From Caecitellus pseudoparvulus (taxonomy: Eukaryota; Protista; Bigyra: Bicosoecida): a stretch of 64,000 nucleotides of DNA. Every line of letters begins with the position of its first letter. Position 1 is the first letter of the stretch. Location: assembly GCA_965644315.1 (NCBI GenBank), contig CBFFRQ010000067.1, forward strand, positions 496,001-560,000, written 5' to 3'. Shown piece by piece: positions 11,401 through 23,283 of the stretch. The notes under the pieces are model-generated. The model was not told the DNA's origin, made no database searches, and saw only the letters and a list, made by a program, of their open reading frames with translations. The translations under genes and the position numbers were made by a program.

Positions 11401-13717
11401 CTTCCCGCCACAGGCAGCAGACAGCAAGGCACATGTGTCAGCGGCTGGCATTGGCACGCGCTCCACTTCCTCCGCCGCCCACAGTGGTTGTGAAGGGTGC
11501 CCTCCTGTGTCCCTGCCCAAGGGGACCAAGGTCACTTTCACCATGCGTGTGAAGGACAACGGCCCTGGCATGACACTCCAGCAGCAAGACGCAGTGTTCG
11601 ATGACTTTACTCGGCTGCACAAGGACAACAACGGCACAGGGCTGGGGCTGGGCATTGCCAGGGCGGGCATGCGCCTGCACGGTGGAGACGTGACAGTGCA
11701 GTCAGATGGGCCGGGTCAGGGCTGCACCTTCATCCTCTCTGTGCCGCTGCAACTGCACGCTGGTCGCACAGCATATGCTGACTCAGAACTCTCCGCTTCA
11801 GAGGAGGAGGAGTCCGCGGAGCCGCTGACTCCTGGGGGGCACACCATCGGAAGTCGCAGCTTTGGTGACCGCCTGCACACGACCTCTCACACCGCAAGCT
11901 CGGACGGGGCGCTGTCCAAGTCCCTCATGCGCGCAGTCAGTGGCAGCGTGGCCCCTAACCGTGGCCGCCTGAGCCCTGCTGCGGCAGGCGGCTCCATTGA
12001 GGATTTCACAGTGGTGGGAGGCGGCAGTGCAGAGCGTGTGGGGGACAGCAGTGACCCGCCCGTGGCCGGCACCGGGCCAGCCAGCACCCCCGTTAGCTCC
12101 GCTGCGCCCCCCCTTCGTGCTGGCCGAGATGTCAGCGCACACAGCGTCTCGGGCTCTGCAGCGCCACCCCCCGCCAGCCCAGCGTCGCGCCAGACAGGTG
12201 GCAGCATCAATCCCTGTGCCACAGCGCATGGCGCCAGCGCAGCGGATCTGCCCCGTGTCGGCACGGGGGGCTCGTTGCAGTTGCTGATGGGGGGCCGGCA
12301 CATGCCCACGTCAGGAACGGGGGCCTTGACTGGATCAGTCGGCATGTCCGGAGCGCTGTCTGGACGGGGCGCCGAGGACAGCAGCAGTCCCCCTGCGTCT
12401 GACTCGTCGGAGTATGACACTGTTGGGGGCACGGCGAGAGTGTATGCGGTGCAGGGCGGCGGCATGCCCCGCATGCCGACACTGCACTCCACTGCGCACA
12501 CCACATCCCCTTCCAGCACCACGTCGGCCAGTGGTGGCACGCACAGCGGGTGGGATGTGCACACCCCTGCAGCGCCGGAGTCTGCGCCTGCCCAAGCAGT
12601 GAGCTCGGCACCGCCCGTCTCAGAAGTGGTCATTGCGAGCAGTGTCACACGCACCAGCACCGCAGAGCTGGTGGGAGGCGCCGTGGGCCCAGGGGGCACC
12701 TCCATGCCCACCAGTGGTGGGGGTTGGACCATGGCCACTGTGGATAGTCTAGAATCCCTTGAAGAAGACCACGCCCAGCCAGAAGGTGGGCGTGGCGGGG
12801 AGGAGCAGGGCATGAGCCACTCCGGGCCTGTGGGGCTCCAACGTAAGCAACGTGGCAGCTTGAAAGGCGGCGAAATGAGCCCCATTCGCAGTGCCACTGG
12901 TGGCCCTGACCTGCACCGCATTGGCTCTGGCTCCACCGCACACCATCCACGAGGCTCGCTGCTCAGCATCAGCAGCATGAGCAGCACGGGGGGAGGGGGG
13001 GAGCCCTCACGTGTCTCAGGGCCGCCGCCTAGTGGAGAGGGCAGCATAGGGCACCATCGAGGGGGCTCTGGCGGCTCCCACTACCACAAACGGGGCGGCA
13101 GCGGCTTCACCGTGGACAGCGGAGGCGTGGATGCCTCCAGCGCCAGCGTAGGCCCACGGCGGCAGCCCAAGCAGCGCGCCATGCATATTCTGTTGGCAGA
13201 TGACGATAAGACCCTGCGCAAGCTGCTCAGGCGCAACTTACCGGATCCCCTCCAGACTCTGCACTACGCTGCCCTCGTGGACGCCGTGCCGACGGGAGAA
13301 GCAGCACTCGAGTTGTGGCGCGAGGTGGCTGCGCAGCACCTGGCCCCCAGCGACTCGCCCCCACCTACCCAGCTGAAGAAGGTGCTGGCCCGCTTGCCAT
13401 TCACACATGTCATCCTGGACAGCAACATGCCCCCTGGCATGTCAGGGCAGGAAGCAGCCCGCATGTTCCGGGCAGGCGGCTTCGAAGGCGTCATCCTCGG
13501 CTTGACTGGGGATGGCGAGCCAGAGGACATTGCAGCGTTCAAGGACGCCGGCGCAGACAACGTCCTCGTGAAGCCGGTGTATATGGAAGACATGGCCAAG
13601 GCTTTGCGAAAGGCTGCTCGCAGCCGCAAAGCCGCGCGAGCCTCCGTGTGTGTCGAGGGCCTGGAACCGACCAAAGCCGCCACCGCACATTCCCCCGGGA
13701 AGCAACTGGGGCACTGA
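8481..13717 (+). CDS. Multi-transmembrane hybrid sensor histidine kinase (HisKA-HATPase_c-REC); intron 8809-8906
   Basis: H-box FAHEARGP; second DHp helix TLDFARMQSGK; N-box GDRQRICQAAMNILSNASKYS; G1 VKDNGPGM; F-box AVFDDF; G2 GTGLGLGIAR...HGG; receiver ILLADDD...VILDSNMP...LTG...VKP. GTGAGT...TCACAG intron joins the upstream TM exon in frame. Confidence 0.88.
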
Positions 13718-14344
13718 CTCTTGTTGTGCATGCATCCGGCACTTCTGGCAGCTTGACCAGGCCCTTCGCCTGTGTGCTTCCCCGGGCGACACTGCGCTGA
13801 GCCTGTCGTTTTCGGTGAGTGACGTCTGTGTGTGTGTGGCGATGGATGGGCGTGCCGAGCTGCCCTTTGCAGCGCCCACACTCTGCCTGCCGTGCTAGTC
13901 ACGACCAGCAACCTCGAATACATCCGTCCATGCTTGTAGTAGGCGCAGCTTGGCTGCCACGTCCATGCAGCGCCCTGTGTGACGCAGAGTGTGCGAGTTC
14001 TGCGAGGCGCGTTTCTCGCCTCCTCCACGCAGTGCACTTTGCGTGAGGGTGCAGGTGCCGGGCTGAGTGCCTCCACCAATCATCGCAGCTGGCAGACGCA
14101 GGCCCTGGAAACAACAAATCAAAAAGACCCACCCAACGTTGGCCACCCGATGCCACGCACAGTGTGGCCCTTCCACCTTGCAAGGGGGCTGCCAGCCAGC
14201 GAAGTTGGCCGGCTTTGCACCACACCTTGCGCTAGGGGACTCTCGCAGCAGTGACTCAGCGCTTGCTCAGCCCACACGCGGAGTAAGGGGGCAGCTGGCA
14301 CACCAGACGCAAAGTTGAAGTCGTGCCCGCCGCTGCCTTGCAGC

Positions 14345-17300
14345 ATGGATGGTTCATCGGGCACGGACAGCAGTTCAGCACCTCCAGCCAGCCACGCGCC
14401 TGCTCCTCAAATGAGCTCTCCCGGGCACCGGTCGTCTGAACCCGTCCGGGAGGCCGCAGATCCCAGGTGTGGCGCAGAAGTGGCCCGTTTGTACACAGAC
14501 TTCATCATAAGGGGGTCCTTGGGCAGGGGACGGTGAGTCCAGCGCGATGTGCGCTGTAACGCGGTCTCGCTTGGGTGCAGAAACGCGAGCGAAACGGGTA
14601 GGCAGCGAACCTCGCTGCGCGCCTCGCAGGCACGGCAAGGTCCTGCTCGCTCGGGGGCGCGTTGATGATCTTGACTACGCTGTGAAGGTTTTGGGTCCCT
14701 TCACGCGGCACACAGCTTCGCCTGCGCGCCGGGAGGTGCAAGCTCTCGCTGCCTGTAGCAGCCCGCACATCTGCCGCTATCATACCGCGTGGGAGGAGGC
14801 CCTGCACGATGGACTGTACATGTACATTGTCACGGAAAAGTGCCACGCAAGTGTGCCTCAGTTGGTGGACTTGCAGCGCGGAGGTGCGTGCAGAGCTGCC
14901 GCCTTGGGCGGTGTTTGTCTAGCTGCACTGCCCAACGCCAGTCCGCTGCGAAGGCAACCTGCCGCCCCACTTGCGCCACACAAGCCTGCCTCCTGGCTTC
15001 CCGCAGACTCACCTGTGATATTGTCCGAGGAGACCTTGTTGGACTTTACGCGTCACATTGGCCTGGCTCTCGCCGAAGTGCACAGACAAGGCTGGGCTCA
15101 CTTGGATGTGAAGCCCTCCAACATCCTCGCCTCCATTGCTCCTGGTGAGGCGCTCGTCTTCAAGCTGGCCGACTTTGGCAGGGCAGTGAAGCTGGGAGAC
15201 TCTTACGCAGAAGAAGGTGACGACAGGTGCGTGCAGGGCATCTGCCCGGCAGTGTCCATGCGCACAGCTATTCAAAGCTTCTTGGGCAGCTGCAGCACGC
15301 TCCTCTCGTGCGGGTCTGCACAGGTACATGGCGCCCGAGCTGCTGAACCAGAAGCAGAAAGATCTGACCAAGTGTGACATTTACTCCCTGGGTGCTACCC
15401 TTCTGGAGCTTGCGCTGTACGTCTGCTGCCGCCTGCCCTGGGACTGGACTTCCCTGCGGGACACGTTCCGCTTTTTCGCCGCTGCCCTCTCAGGCGGAAG
15501 CCTTTCGAGGACTGTGAGCAAGAGCTCGCCTTGCTCCAGGCAGTGGAACCAAGCACCATTCCAGGACTTTCTGATGAGCTCCGTTCTCTCCTCCAGCGCA
15601 TGTTGGTATGTCAGCGCCTTGGAGAGTCCGCACGAGAAACTCCGCAGCAACCCCACGAGACTTGTCACGTCACTTGCAGGCACGAGACCCAGCGGACCGA
15701 CCCAGCGCACAGGAACTGCTACAAGACCCCGTTCTGGCCCCTGTGCCTCGTTCTTCTGTCGAAGAAGAGGCCAGGGTGTCTGCTAGCTTGCACTCTAAGC
15801 TCGCTGAAGCGGCGCAGGAGGCGGGGCAAGCTCGGGCTGCCTTGGGCCAGCTGCAGGAAGCCGCCTCTGCCACTCTTCACGCTGCAGCTGGAGCCAGTGG
15901 GGGTGCTCCTAGCCCGGCACTGTCTTCAGCCTTGGAACGCCTGCAGTCTGTGGTGGCAGAACACTCCACAATGCCTCTTGCGCCAGGCGCTTTGGTGACC
16001 ACGTGCACTTCGCCGCCCACCAACGCACCTGAGCCACCAGGGTTGGCACCCCCTCAGCGCAGCCCTCCCGGCCACGTTCTGAATGGCAGCAGTGGCTCCA
16101 TTGATGAGCCCAGTGTGTTGGACCCCCCCTCCTGCTTGGACCTGTCAGCAACTGGCCGGTTCGGTCAGCAGTTCGGGGACCATGCGTCCACTTCGTATGC
16201 CCCGTCACCCGTCAACCGTGTCCCAGACACGCCCCCTCACACCCACGGCCGGCGACGTGGGCTCTCACTGGGAGGTGGGCGGGAGATCACTGCCACAGGC
16301 GACAGCGTGTCAGAGGCCAGCACAGTTGCTGGAAGGCCACGGGCACCCTCGACTCCAGCCAGAACTCCAACCAGCCGCGCACTGCACTTCGGCGCACCAG
16401 GGGAGTTGGGCCGCTCAGCTCCCGTTCAAGGGGGCGCCTTCTCCCCACCGCATGCCTGGGGTGCAGGTGGCGCACTGCATGCGGACATGACGAACAGGCG
16501 ACGAGGCAGTGCCAGCAGTGGCCTCGTGGAGGTGGCTCGCTCCCTGACTCACGACGGCGCGTTCGAAGGGCGGGACCTTACCCAGGACAGCATGGACGGC
16601 GTGGACACCGCCTCCTTGCAAGCCAACCGCAAGTTCCACCTCCGTGGCAGCAAGAAGCGCAGCCTGCATCCAAGCAGCGATGATTGTGATGGTGACACCC
16701 GGGATACGCTGTCACCTAGGGCTTTGGGCGCCACCTGTGGCTCTCCCCTCGCTTCACCCTTAGGCATTCACTCTGCTGGGCCCCACGGGCGCAGCTGGGC
16801 CGATGGTACCGGCCCGGAGAGCTCAGGGCACAGTGTAGCAGGTGCTTCGACAGGGGGTGACGTGGGGGGTGCCCTGCACTGCGGCTCGAGTGTGTCGACA
16901 CCTCGCGCTGACTCAGACAGCGGGGAGTGCGACTTGTCCGCCGCTGCCCCTGCTGCGTCCCAGCGCCCTGCCAAAGTGCAGCGTGGGGGGACCTCCCCGA
17001 CGCCTGCCTGTAACTCCGGCCCCAGCCATCAGCCAGCGGTTGCGGGGGCGGGGCGCTGGGGGCTCCCCGTGCCGTTCCCAGTGCCCAGGGCGGCAGATCC
17101 CAATGACTTGCAGGCTGCCTCCACGCGCTCCACCTCCTCCCCGCCTTCCCTGCAAGACTCGGGCATCGTGACGGATGGAGAGGAGGAGGGGCGAGACGTA
17201 GAGGTTGCAGAAGCGATCGGCGTCAGCGATGAGTCCGCTGGTGTCACACCTCGCATTCGCCTGCCCCCCCGCAACCGGGCCCTACCTCCCATCAGCGCGC

Positions 17301-17779
17301 CCGGCGCCCAGAACGTGTCAGGCGACATCTCTGGCGCCTTGTTTTCGACGCCCACGCCGCACGGGCCCGGTGTGACAGCCGACAGACACTCCGCCTTGCA
17401 TACACCCCAGCCACGCAGTGACGCGCTGTCTTCCTCCCCCTCAGCTCTGGCTCGGAGGGGCAGAGGCTCCCCCGTGCTGCCCCTCCCCCCTGATACGGCC
17501 GAACGTTTCAGACACATCCTGGCCACCCCCTCCAGCCTGCCCCCTCCACGCATATCGGCTGGGAGGGTAGGGGGGGGGCCAATCGGGGGGGAGCACCTCC
17601 CCCTCACCCACACCCACGCTCCGGCCACTGCTCCGCCTAACCTCAGTGCGAGGCAGTTGGTCGGTGCTCAGCGGCCCCTGCAGGGCATGCCCACAGCCGT
17701 CGCTGCAGCCGCAGCAGACCCTGTTTCCACAGTGCTGCACTTCAGCCCCACACCAGGGGGGGGCAGGAAGTCGGCATAG
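14345..17779 (+). CDS. Wee1/Myt1-family protein kinase, N-terminal kinase domain plus long low-complexity tail (5 introns)
   Basis: Spliced motifs YTDF..GSLGRGRHGKV, YAVK, HLDVKPSNI, FKLADFG, EEGDDRYMAPELL (EGDxRY is the Wee1-family signature), KCDIYSLG, DPADRPSAQELL. Confidence 0.8.
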
Positions 17780-18015
17780 TCTCCTAGGCTTCCTCCTTGC
17801 ACAGACACCAAGAACGTTTGGCTCTGTACGTTTTTTCTCGGTGTGTTGTGTCTCCCTGCGCCGGTGTTACGCTGCCAGAGCGCGCATGTGTGCTCTGGTA
17901 GTGGTGCGTGATTTGCTTGGTGCTCTCGCTTTGCTGCCGCGGCTTTTTGGCAGCTTTCTATCCATGTGCGATCTCAATGCATTTCTTTCGCTCGGCGACA
18001 GGGGTCAGAGCACAC

Positions 18016-20319
18016 TCAGGAGGGCACTGGGAGGTCGGCGCATGGGCCGTCGCAGAAATTTTTGATGATGCCGTCGTTCAGGAATGCCCCCGTCGCGTCT
18101 TGTGCCTGAGGCGTGCGGCGAGTGTACTCATGGGTATCAGCCTTGCTGGGGGGCACATTGATGAAGGGAACTGTGGGAATGCCGTGGAACTGGAAGCCCT
18201 GGATGGCGTTGCCCGACGTGCGCGTGGCGGAGTCAGGGATGAAGTCGAAGCCGTACAGCGTCACATTCCCCTCATGAATGGCCTTGTTGCCCTCGAACAT
18301 GACTGCCCCCACGCTGCGTCCGATGAACTGCCCGCCCAGCCACGTCACCTGTGCGTCCCCGTCGCCATAGTGCACAATGACGCGGTGTGCCGGCGTGCCG
18401 GGCAGCGGGTCACGGGAAATGGTGTGCAGGTACCCCACAGGGTCCATCTGATTCCACAGCAGCTGGAACAAGCCCAGCACTGCAAAACGGGAGATGGTGT
18501 TGGAAAAACGCAGGCGGATGTCAATGTTCAGCGTCTCAAAGTCCTTGGAACGCGGCAGCAGGAGGGAGTACGGCGCCCCTGCCACACCCAGCACTCCCCG
18601 CTCCACGTCCGTGCTGACGCCCATGTACACGCCTCCCATGATGCCACCCTGAGAGTTGCCGTAATACCCACGCTTGGTGGGGTCGATGACATTCTGCCCT
18701 TTGTACGAAAAGGCGGCGTCGTTCACCAGGCTCGTTGTGGCACAGCGCATGGACACGAGAGCATTCAGCATGCCCTGGTGCATGCGATCAGGGATCATGA
18801 GGAAGTCAGACATGTTGGTAGCGATCATCAGCGCAACGCCCTGTGATGGTTGAAGGGTGTGCATGCGGTGAGTGCAGGGCAAGGCAGCGGGCAGGGCGCG
18901 GCGCAACGCACGACAACATCATCTCCTGACAGCCCAATCCAGTCCGTGGCGATGTACACATACTTGTTCTTGCCGCCTTCCACCTGCAAGTAATGGTCCT
19001 CCACTTCCTCCCGAGAGCCAAACAGACCGTGGCCGTACTGCACCACTCGTGCAGCCTCAAAAGTGGAGCTGTTCACAACACCCAGCGGGATGATGGCAGT
19101 GAAGTTCACCCACACCATCTCCGTGAACTGCGGCATGCCTGTGGTGGGATCCAGCACCAGCCGCACATCCATGCCTGGGCCCTTCTGGTTCAAGTACCAG
19201 GGCACTTGCACCGCCCCTTCAATGTGGCGGAAGGTGACGTCGTCGGGGTTCTCTCGGATGGAGTAGATTTTATGTGCTGGGCCTCCGGCTGGCAGGCGAG
19301 CAAAGGCGTCGTCTCGCATGCTGACGAACTTGCCAGTCCACTGCTGCGTGCTGCCCACGGTAAACTCCCAGGCAAGCTGCATGGTAGCCTGGCTGCCGCC
19401 CCACCCAGGGGCCGCGTCCACCGCCTTAAACAGGGCAGCGTACTCCGCTCGTCGGTTTATCACGGCAGGGTCTGTGGAGGGGCTGCCGTCCCGCAGTGCC
19501 TTGAAGGCAGCTGAAGGGGGCACGGGGGCTCCAGAACTGGCGGTGGTCAAGTTGCGCATGGCGACGATGTACGTCGCGCCATCCTCCAGGCGGGCTGCTG
19601 GCGTCATGATGAGGGTGCGGGCGTAGTCGTGTCCGTCCTCCCACCCGTCACTGCGAGGACCAGGGGGAGTGGAGACGGTGCGCATGGGACGGCGGGCGTG
19701 TTTCGAGAGGAGGCAGACACACCTTGAGTGGTCCAGCTCAAGCCAGTGGGCCACAACTTCGCCTGTGCCCTTGTTCAGCAGCAACGTAGGGCTGTCAGGC
19801 GCAGTGGACGCTGCCATATCCCAGAAACTGGGAAGGGGGGAGGGGTGGGTGTGTGCAACACTGCGGAGCTGTGCAGCCTCAAGCCAGGGGACTCACTGAG
19901 GTACGTTGGAGATGTCCAGGTCCTCGAAGTACGTCATGATGGGCCCCCCTGGTGAAAAGCCGTCCAAGCCATTCCAGCCCGCTGCAGGGTCAATGCGCAG
20001 CCCGGAGTTATCGGCGGGGAATGTCTCGGCACCGAACGCAGTGCGGCCCTGCTCATTCAACCAGAAGTTGTTGGGCCATGGAAACATGCCTGGGCAACAG
20101 GGCACCGGCGGCAGGGCGGTGCAAGCGGCATTCACAGGCGGCTCGGCTTCGCGACCAAGTGCAGTGCAGCAGCAGGCACCACGCCAACGCACAGTTCACA
20201 GGCTCAAGTGGGTCGCAGTCACCGTAAGCTGCTGCCTCGGCATCGGCACCACGAAGTGAAGTAGCTTGAATGCAGGCGGTTGCTGCCGCCGCAACGAGGA
20301 TGGCGGTCAGCGCTTTCAT
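18016..20319 (-). CDS. Secreted alpha/beta-hydrolase (lipase/esterase-like) with N-terminal beta-rich domain (4 introns)
   Basis: Signal peptide MKALTAILVAAAATAC. Oxyanion-type YGHGLFGS, nucleophile elbow YYGNSQGG, candidate Asp (GDGDAQV) and His (DTHE). Canonical introns link ORFs 20053-20391, 19893-20192, 18828-19817 and 18016-18906. Confidence 0.75.
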
Positions 20320-20547
20320 GCTGTTTGGTTTGCGCGGCCTCCGATAACTCCGCAGGGAACGGTGACAGGACGGCAAGGTCGTTTTGGGCAAGGGAAAGCT
20401 CGAGAAAAGCGCGTGCGCACACGCCTTGTGACCAAGGACACCAGTGCATTACAGCCTGTGCTGTTCAGACTTTGGATTGTGCCCTCCGTCCCACCTGCAC
20501 GCCACCCAACCCACAGCGCCAAAAGCCACTCCGCGCTGGGCAGGCGG

Positions 20548-23283
20548 TCACTGTGCCTTGACGTGCTGCAGGTAGTCGGGGGCAGTGGGCGTAGGTGGCC
20601 TCAGTCCTGGGGCTGTACCCAGTGGCGCAGGCGCCGTGTGCGCTTGGCTCCTGGCCGGGCTTCCGCGAGGAGGGGCAGTCTTGCGCTGCCCTGTGATCAC
20701 GTCGTACTGGGCAGATGCCCCCGCCACCGCTACCGCCCTTGCATGGCGTGCCCCGTAGCTGACCTGGCCAGTCTCAGGATTGAAGACGCCCTGCCGTGCA
20801 CCAGCCGCCAGCCCAGATGTGCGAGCGGCGTGCAGTGGGTCGTCAAGCCGCCCAGCCTTTGCCTCCAACTTCTGCGCTTGGCGCTGGGCTGACTGCTGCA
20901 CGGCAGGGTGCAGGGGCGTGTGGGTGACGATGTCCACTGTCTGCTCGGCTGCTTTTGCAGAGAGTGCCCAAGGCTTGGGCTGCAGGAGCGGCTCAGGCTG
21001 CGCTGCCGCCGGCGCCGTCCGCCTCGTGGTGGGCAGCACGGGGTCTGACGCCAGCAGCGACGCCGCCGCCTCCCCACGCACAGCAGCCAGCGTGTTGCGC
21101 TGTGAGACGGCAGACGTCGACAACAGGCTCTCTGCGCGCTGTTGGGCTGTCTGCGCCTGGCCCTCCAGCACGAAGGGGATGTTGCTGGCTCGCATGGCTG
21201 CCGACCGTTCCTTGCGAGTCTTCGCGGCGGACTCTGCCGGGCTCTGCACGTGCCCTGCGACCGCGGCATCCGCGACCAGCTGCCCATCTGCGCTCCGTGT
21301 GGCGCCTCGTTGCCGCAAGCCCCAATAGGCTGAGTGGGAGGTGACTCCCAGAGATGTCCCAGCCTGCGAAGCCGCGCTCACCGTGGAAGTGGGTGGCGCC
21401 CCCGCCTCACCCCATCCCCCCGCGCCGCTGGAGCGACTCAGGGTGTCTCGCAAGGACTCAGCACCGGCATCTCTCGGGGCATCTGCGCCCATTCCAATGG
21501 AACCAGTGGCGGAGTCACTGCCTTCGCCACGCAGTGACTCCCGCGCACGCTGCCGCCGCACTGCTGCACCGCTGAGCCCTGCAGGCAGTGCGGTCGTGGC
21601 AGGCAGAACACCAGATAGGGCGGGGGGGTGTGATGCTCCTGCCTGTGTCTGAACACCACCTCGCCGGAACACTGTGCGGGGGGCGGCCGCCGCTGCCCGG
21701 GCGACAGCGGAGGGAACCTGTGTCGGTTTCCCAGTGACTCCACCCGAAGCTGTTCCCGGCGTGACGGCTTGCACACCGCCAAGACTCCGCCGCCCAGCTG
21801 GCAACAGCGGGCTGGAAGCACTGCTGGCCATGCTGACCAACGCAGCTGCCGTGTCGCGAGCCGAGGTCGCGCCTCCAGGCACACCTCGATCTTGTGGCCG
21901 GACGGCGTGCCCCACGGCGTTCACTCGGGGGGCAAAGGTCGGCTGTGCAGCTGCGGCGGCCGCCTTCAGCATGAGCGTGTCGTGGGCGTGGTGTGTGGCT
22001 GACTCACGAACCTCCCGATCTCCACTCTCGCGCGGCCCCAGGCTCCGCCCCGTGAGAGGGTCCACACTGGACACCGACCGAGGCCCCAGACTCCGTCCCC
22101 TGCGTGCCTTGTCCCCCTCTCGCTCGGGGTGGTGGTGGAAGATGTCCGAGGCGGGTCGACCACGCACCGCCCCCTTGCCCGAACGGCGAGGCTGCCAGCC
22201 CGCCCCCTGCTTTGCCTGTGCGTCACACCACGCCGCCTGGCGCTGCTGCACAGACACATACCGCTGCACGGCTTCCTCGTGATCCGCACTCGTGCCAGCT
22301 GCCGCACGCTCAGCCGCTGGAAGTGGCAGCTCGTACCCGCTGCCCTGGCTCGAGGCAGCCTGCTGCGCCCACGGGTCGTCTGCGTTGAAGATGTGACTCG
22401 CACGCAGGGCTGACGCCCGTGCCACAGATGCCTTGTTCCGTGCGTCAGCCGTCTTGGCTGCGTGGCGAGCAGCTGCGACCTCTAGCGTCGTGGCTCCTGT
22501 GCCTGTGCCAGCCTTGCTGACCTGTCCTGCGGCAGTGCTGGCGTGCTGCTCGCGCCTGCGTCGTTCCTGGGCGCAAAGTGCATCCCGCTCTGCAGGCGTC
22601 AACTCCATCACATAGCCGTGCTGAAACGGGTCCAAGTGCCTGGGCACTGTGGACTGAGCCTCGCCGTGACTGCCCGCCTCCTCCAGCATCGCAGGGGGCA
22701 GGAGGCCAGAGGGGGCGCCCGCCACTGGCATGGACTTGGCGGGGCTCCCTCCCAGTGGGCGAGTGACCATGGCCGAGGCCCCCGTCGTCCCATGGCTGGC
22801 CTGCTGTGGGCGTTCCAGGGGCTGAGGGGGTGGCAACTTGCGTGCCTCAGCGCGAGCATGCTGATACGCCTCCACTTCCCCTGCATGGGTCCAGCAGGGG
22901 GGGAAACGGGTCGTGAACGCATGCACACAGTCCTCAAGAGAGCAATTTGCCGGTCGCTTACGCTGCCTTTGCTGCTGAGCTTCTAGCTTCTCCTGAGCCG
23001 TGGAGCGAGCTGATGCCGTTTCTGCCGCGACGGCGTCCCGGTCGCGCTGCGACAAGGGAGCCATGTACCCCCCCTTTCCAGCCGAACGCTGCGCCTCCTG
23101 CCCCCATGGGTCCGCCGCACCAAATATGTCGCTGGATCGCATTCGCCGCTCACGCTGCCTCCGCGTCTGCACAGTCTCTGCGTACTGCCCAGGCTCGGCT
23201 GCCGCGGCTGGCGCTGCATCTCGCCCCACAGCATACCCGGCAGCAACCTCCACACCCGCTGACACGCGGGGCTTCGACGACAT
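20548..23283 (-). CDS. Low-complexity protein with repeated SxIF and D/N-x-x-TG motifs, function unknown
   Basis: 945-aa ORF with likely ATG at 23283 (MSSKPRVSAG) and a probable in-frame 81-nt intron at 22881-22961. Internal repeat RSSDIFGAADPW / RASHIFNADDPW. Confidence 0.65.
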   Translation of the reverse strand: MSSKPRVSAGVEVAAGYAVGRDAAPAAAAEPGQYAETVQTRRQRERRMRSSDIFGAADPWGQEAQRSAGKGGYMAPLSQRDRDAVAAETASARSTAQEKLEAQQQRQRKRPANCSLEDCVHAFTTRFPPCWTHAGEVEAYQHARAEARKLPPPQPLERPQQASHGTTGASAMVTRPLGGSPAKSMPVAGAPSGLLPPAMLEEAGSHGEAQSTVPRHLDPFQHGYVMELTPAERDALCAQERRRREQHASTAAGQVSKAGTGTGATTLEVAAARHAAKTADARNKASVARASALRASHIFNADDPWAQQAASSQGSGYELPLPAAERAAAGTSADHEEAVQRYVSVQQRQAAWCDAQAKQGAGWQPRRSGKGAVRGRPASDIFHHHPEREGDKARRGRSLGPRSVSSVDPLTGRSLGPRESGDREVRESATHHAHDTLMLKAAAAAAQPTFAPRVNAVGHAVRPQDRGVPGGATSARDTAAALVSMASSASSPLLPAGRRSLGGVQAVTPGTASGGVTGKPTQVPSAVARAAAAAPRTVFRRGGVQTQAGASHPPALSGVLPATTALPAGLSGAAVRRQRARESLRGEGSDSATGSIGMGADAPRDAGAESLRDTLSRSSGAGGWGEAGAPPTSTVSAASQAGTSLGVTSHSAYWGLRQRGATRSADGQLVADAAVAGHVQSPAESAAKTRKERSAAMRASNIPFVLEGQAQTAQQRAESLLSTSAVSQRNTLAAVRGEAAASLLASDPVLPTTRRTAPAAAQPEPLLQPKPWALSAKAAEQTVDIVTHTPLHPAVQQSAQRQAQKLEAKAGRLDDPLHAARTSGLAAGARQGVFNPETGQVSYGARHARAVAVAGASAQYDVITGQRKTAPPRGSPARSQAHTAPAPLGTAPGLRPPTPTAPDYLQHVKAQ

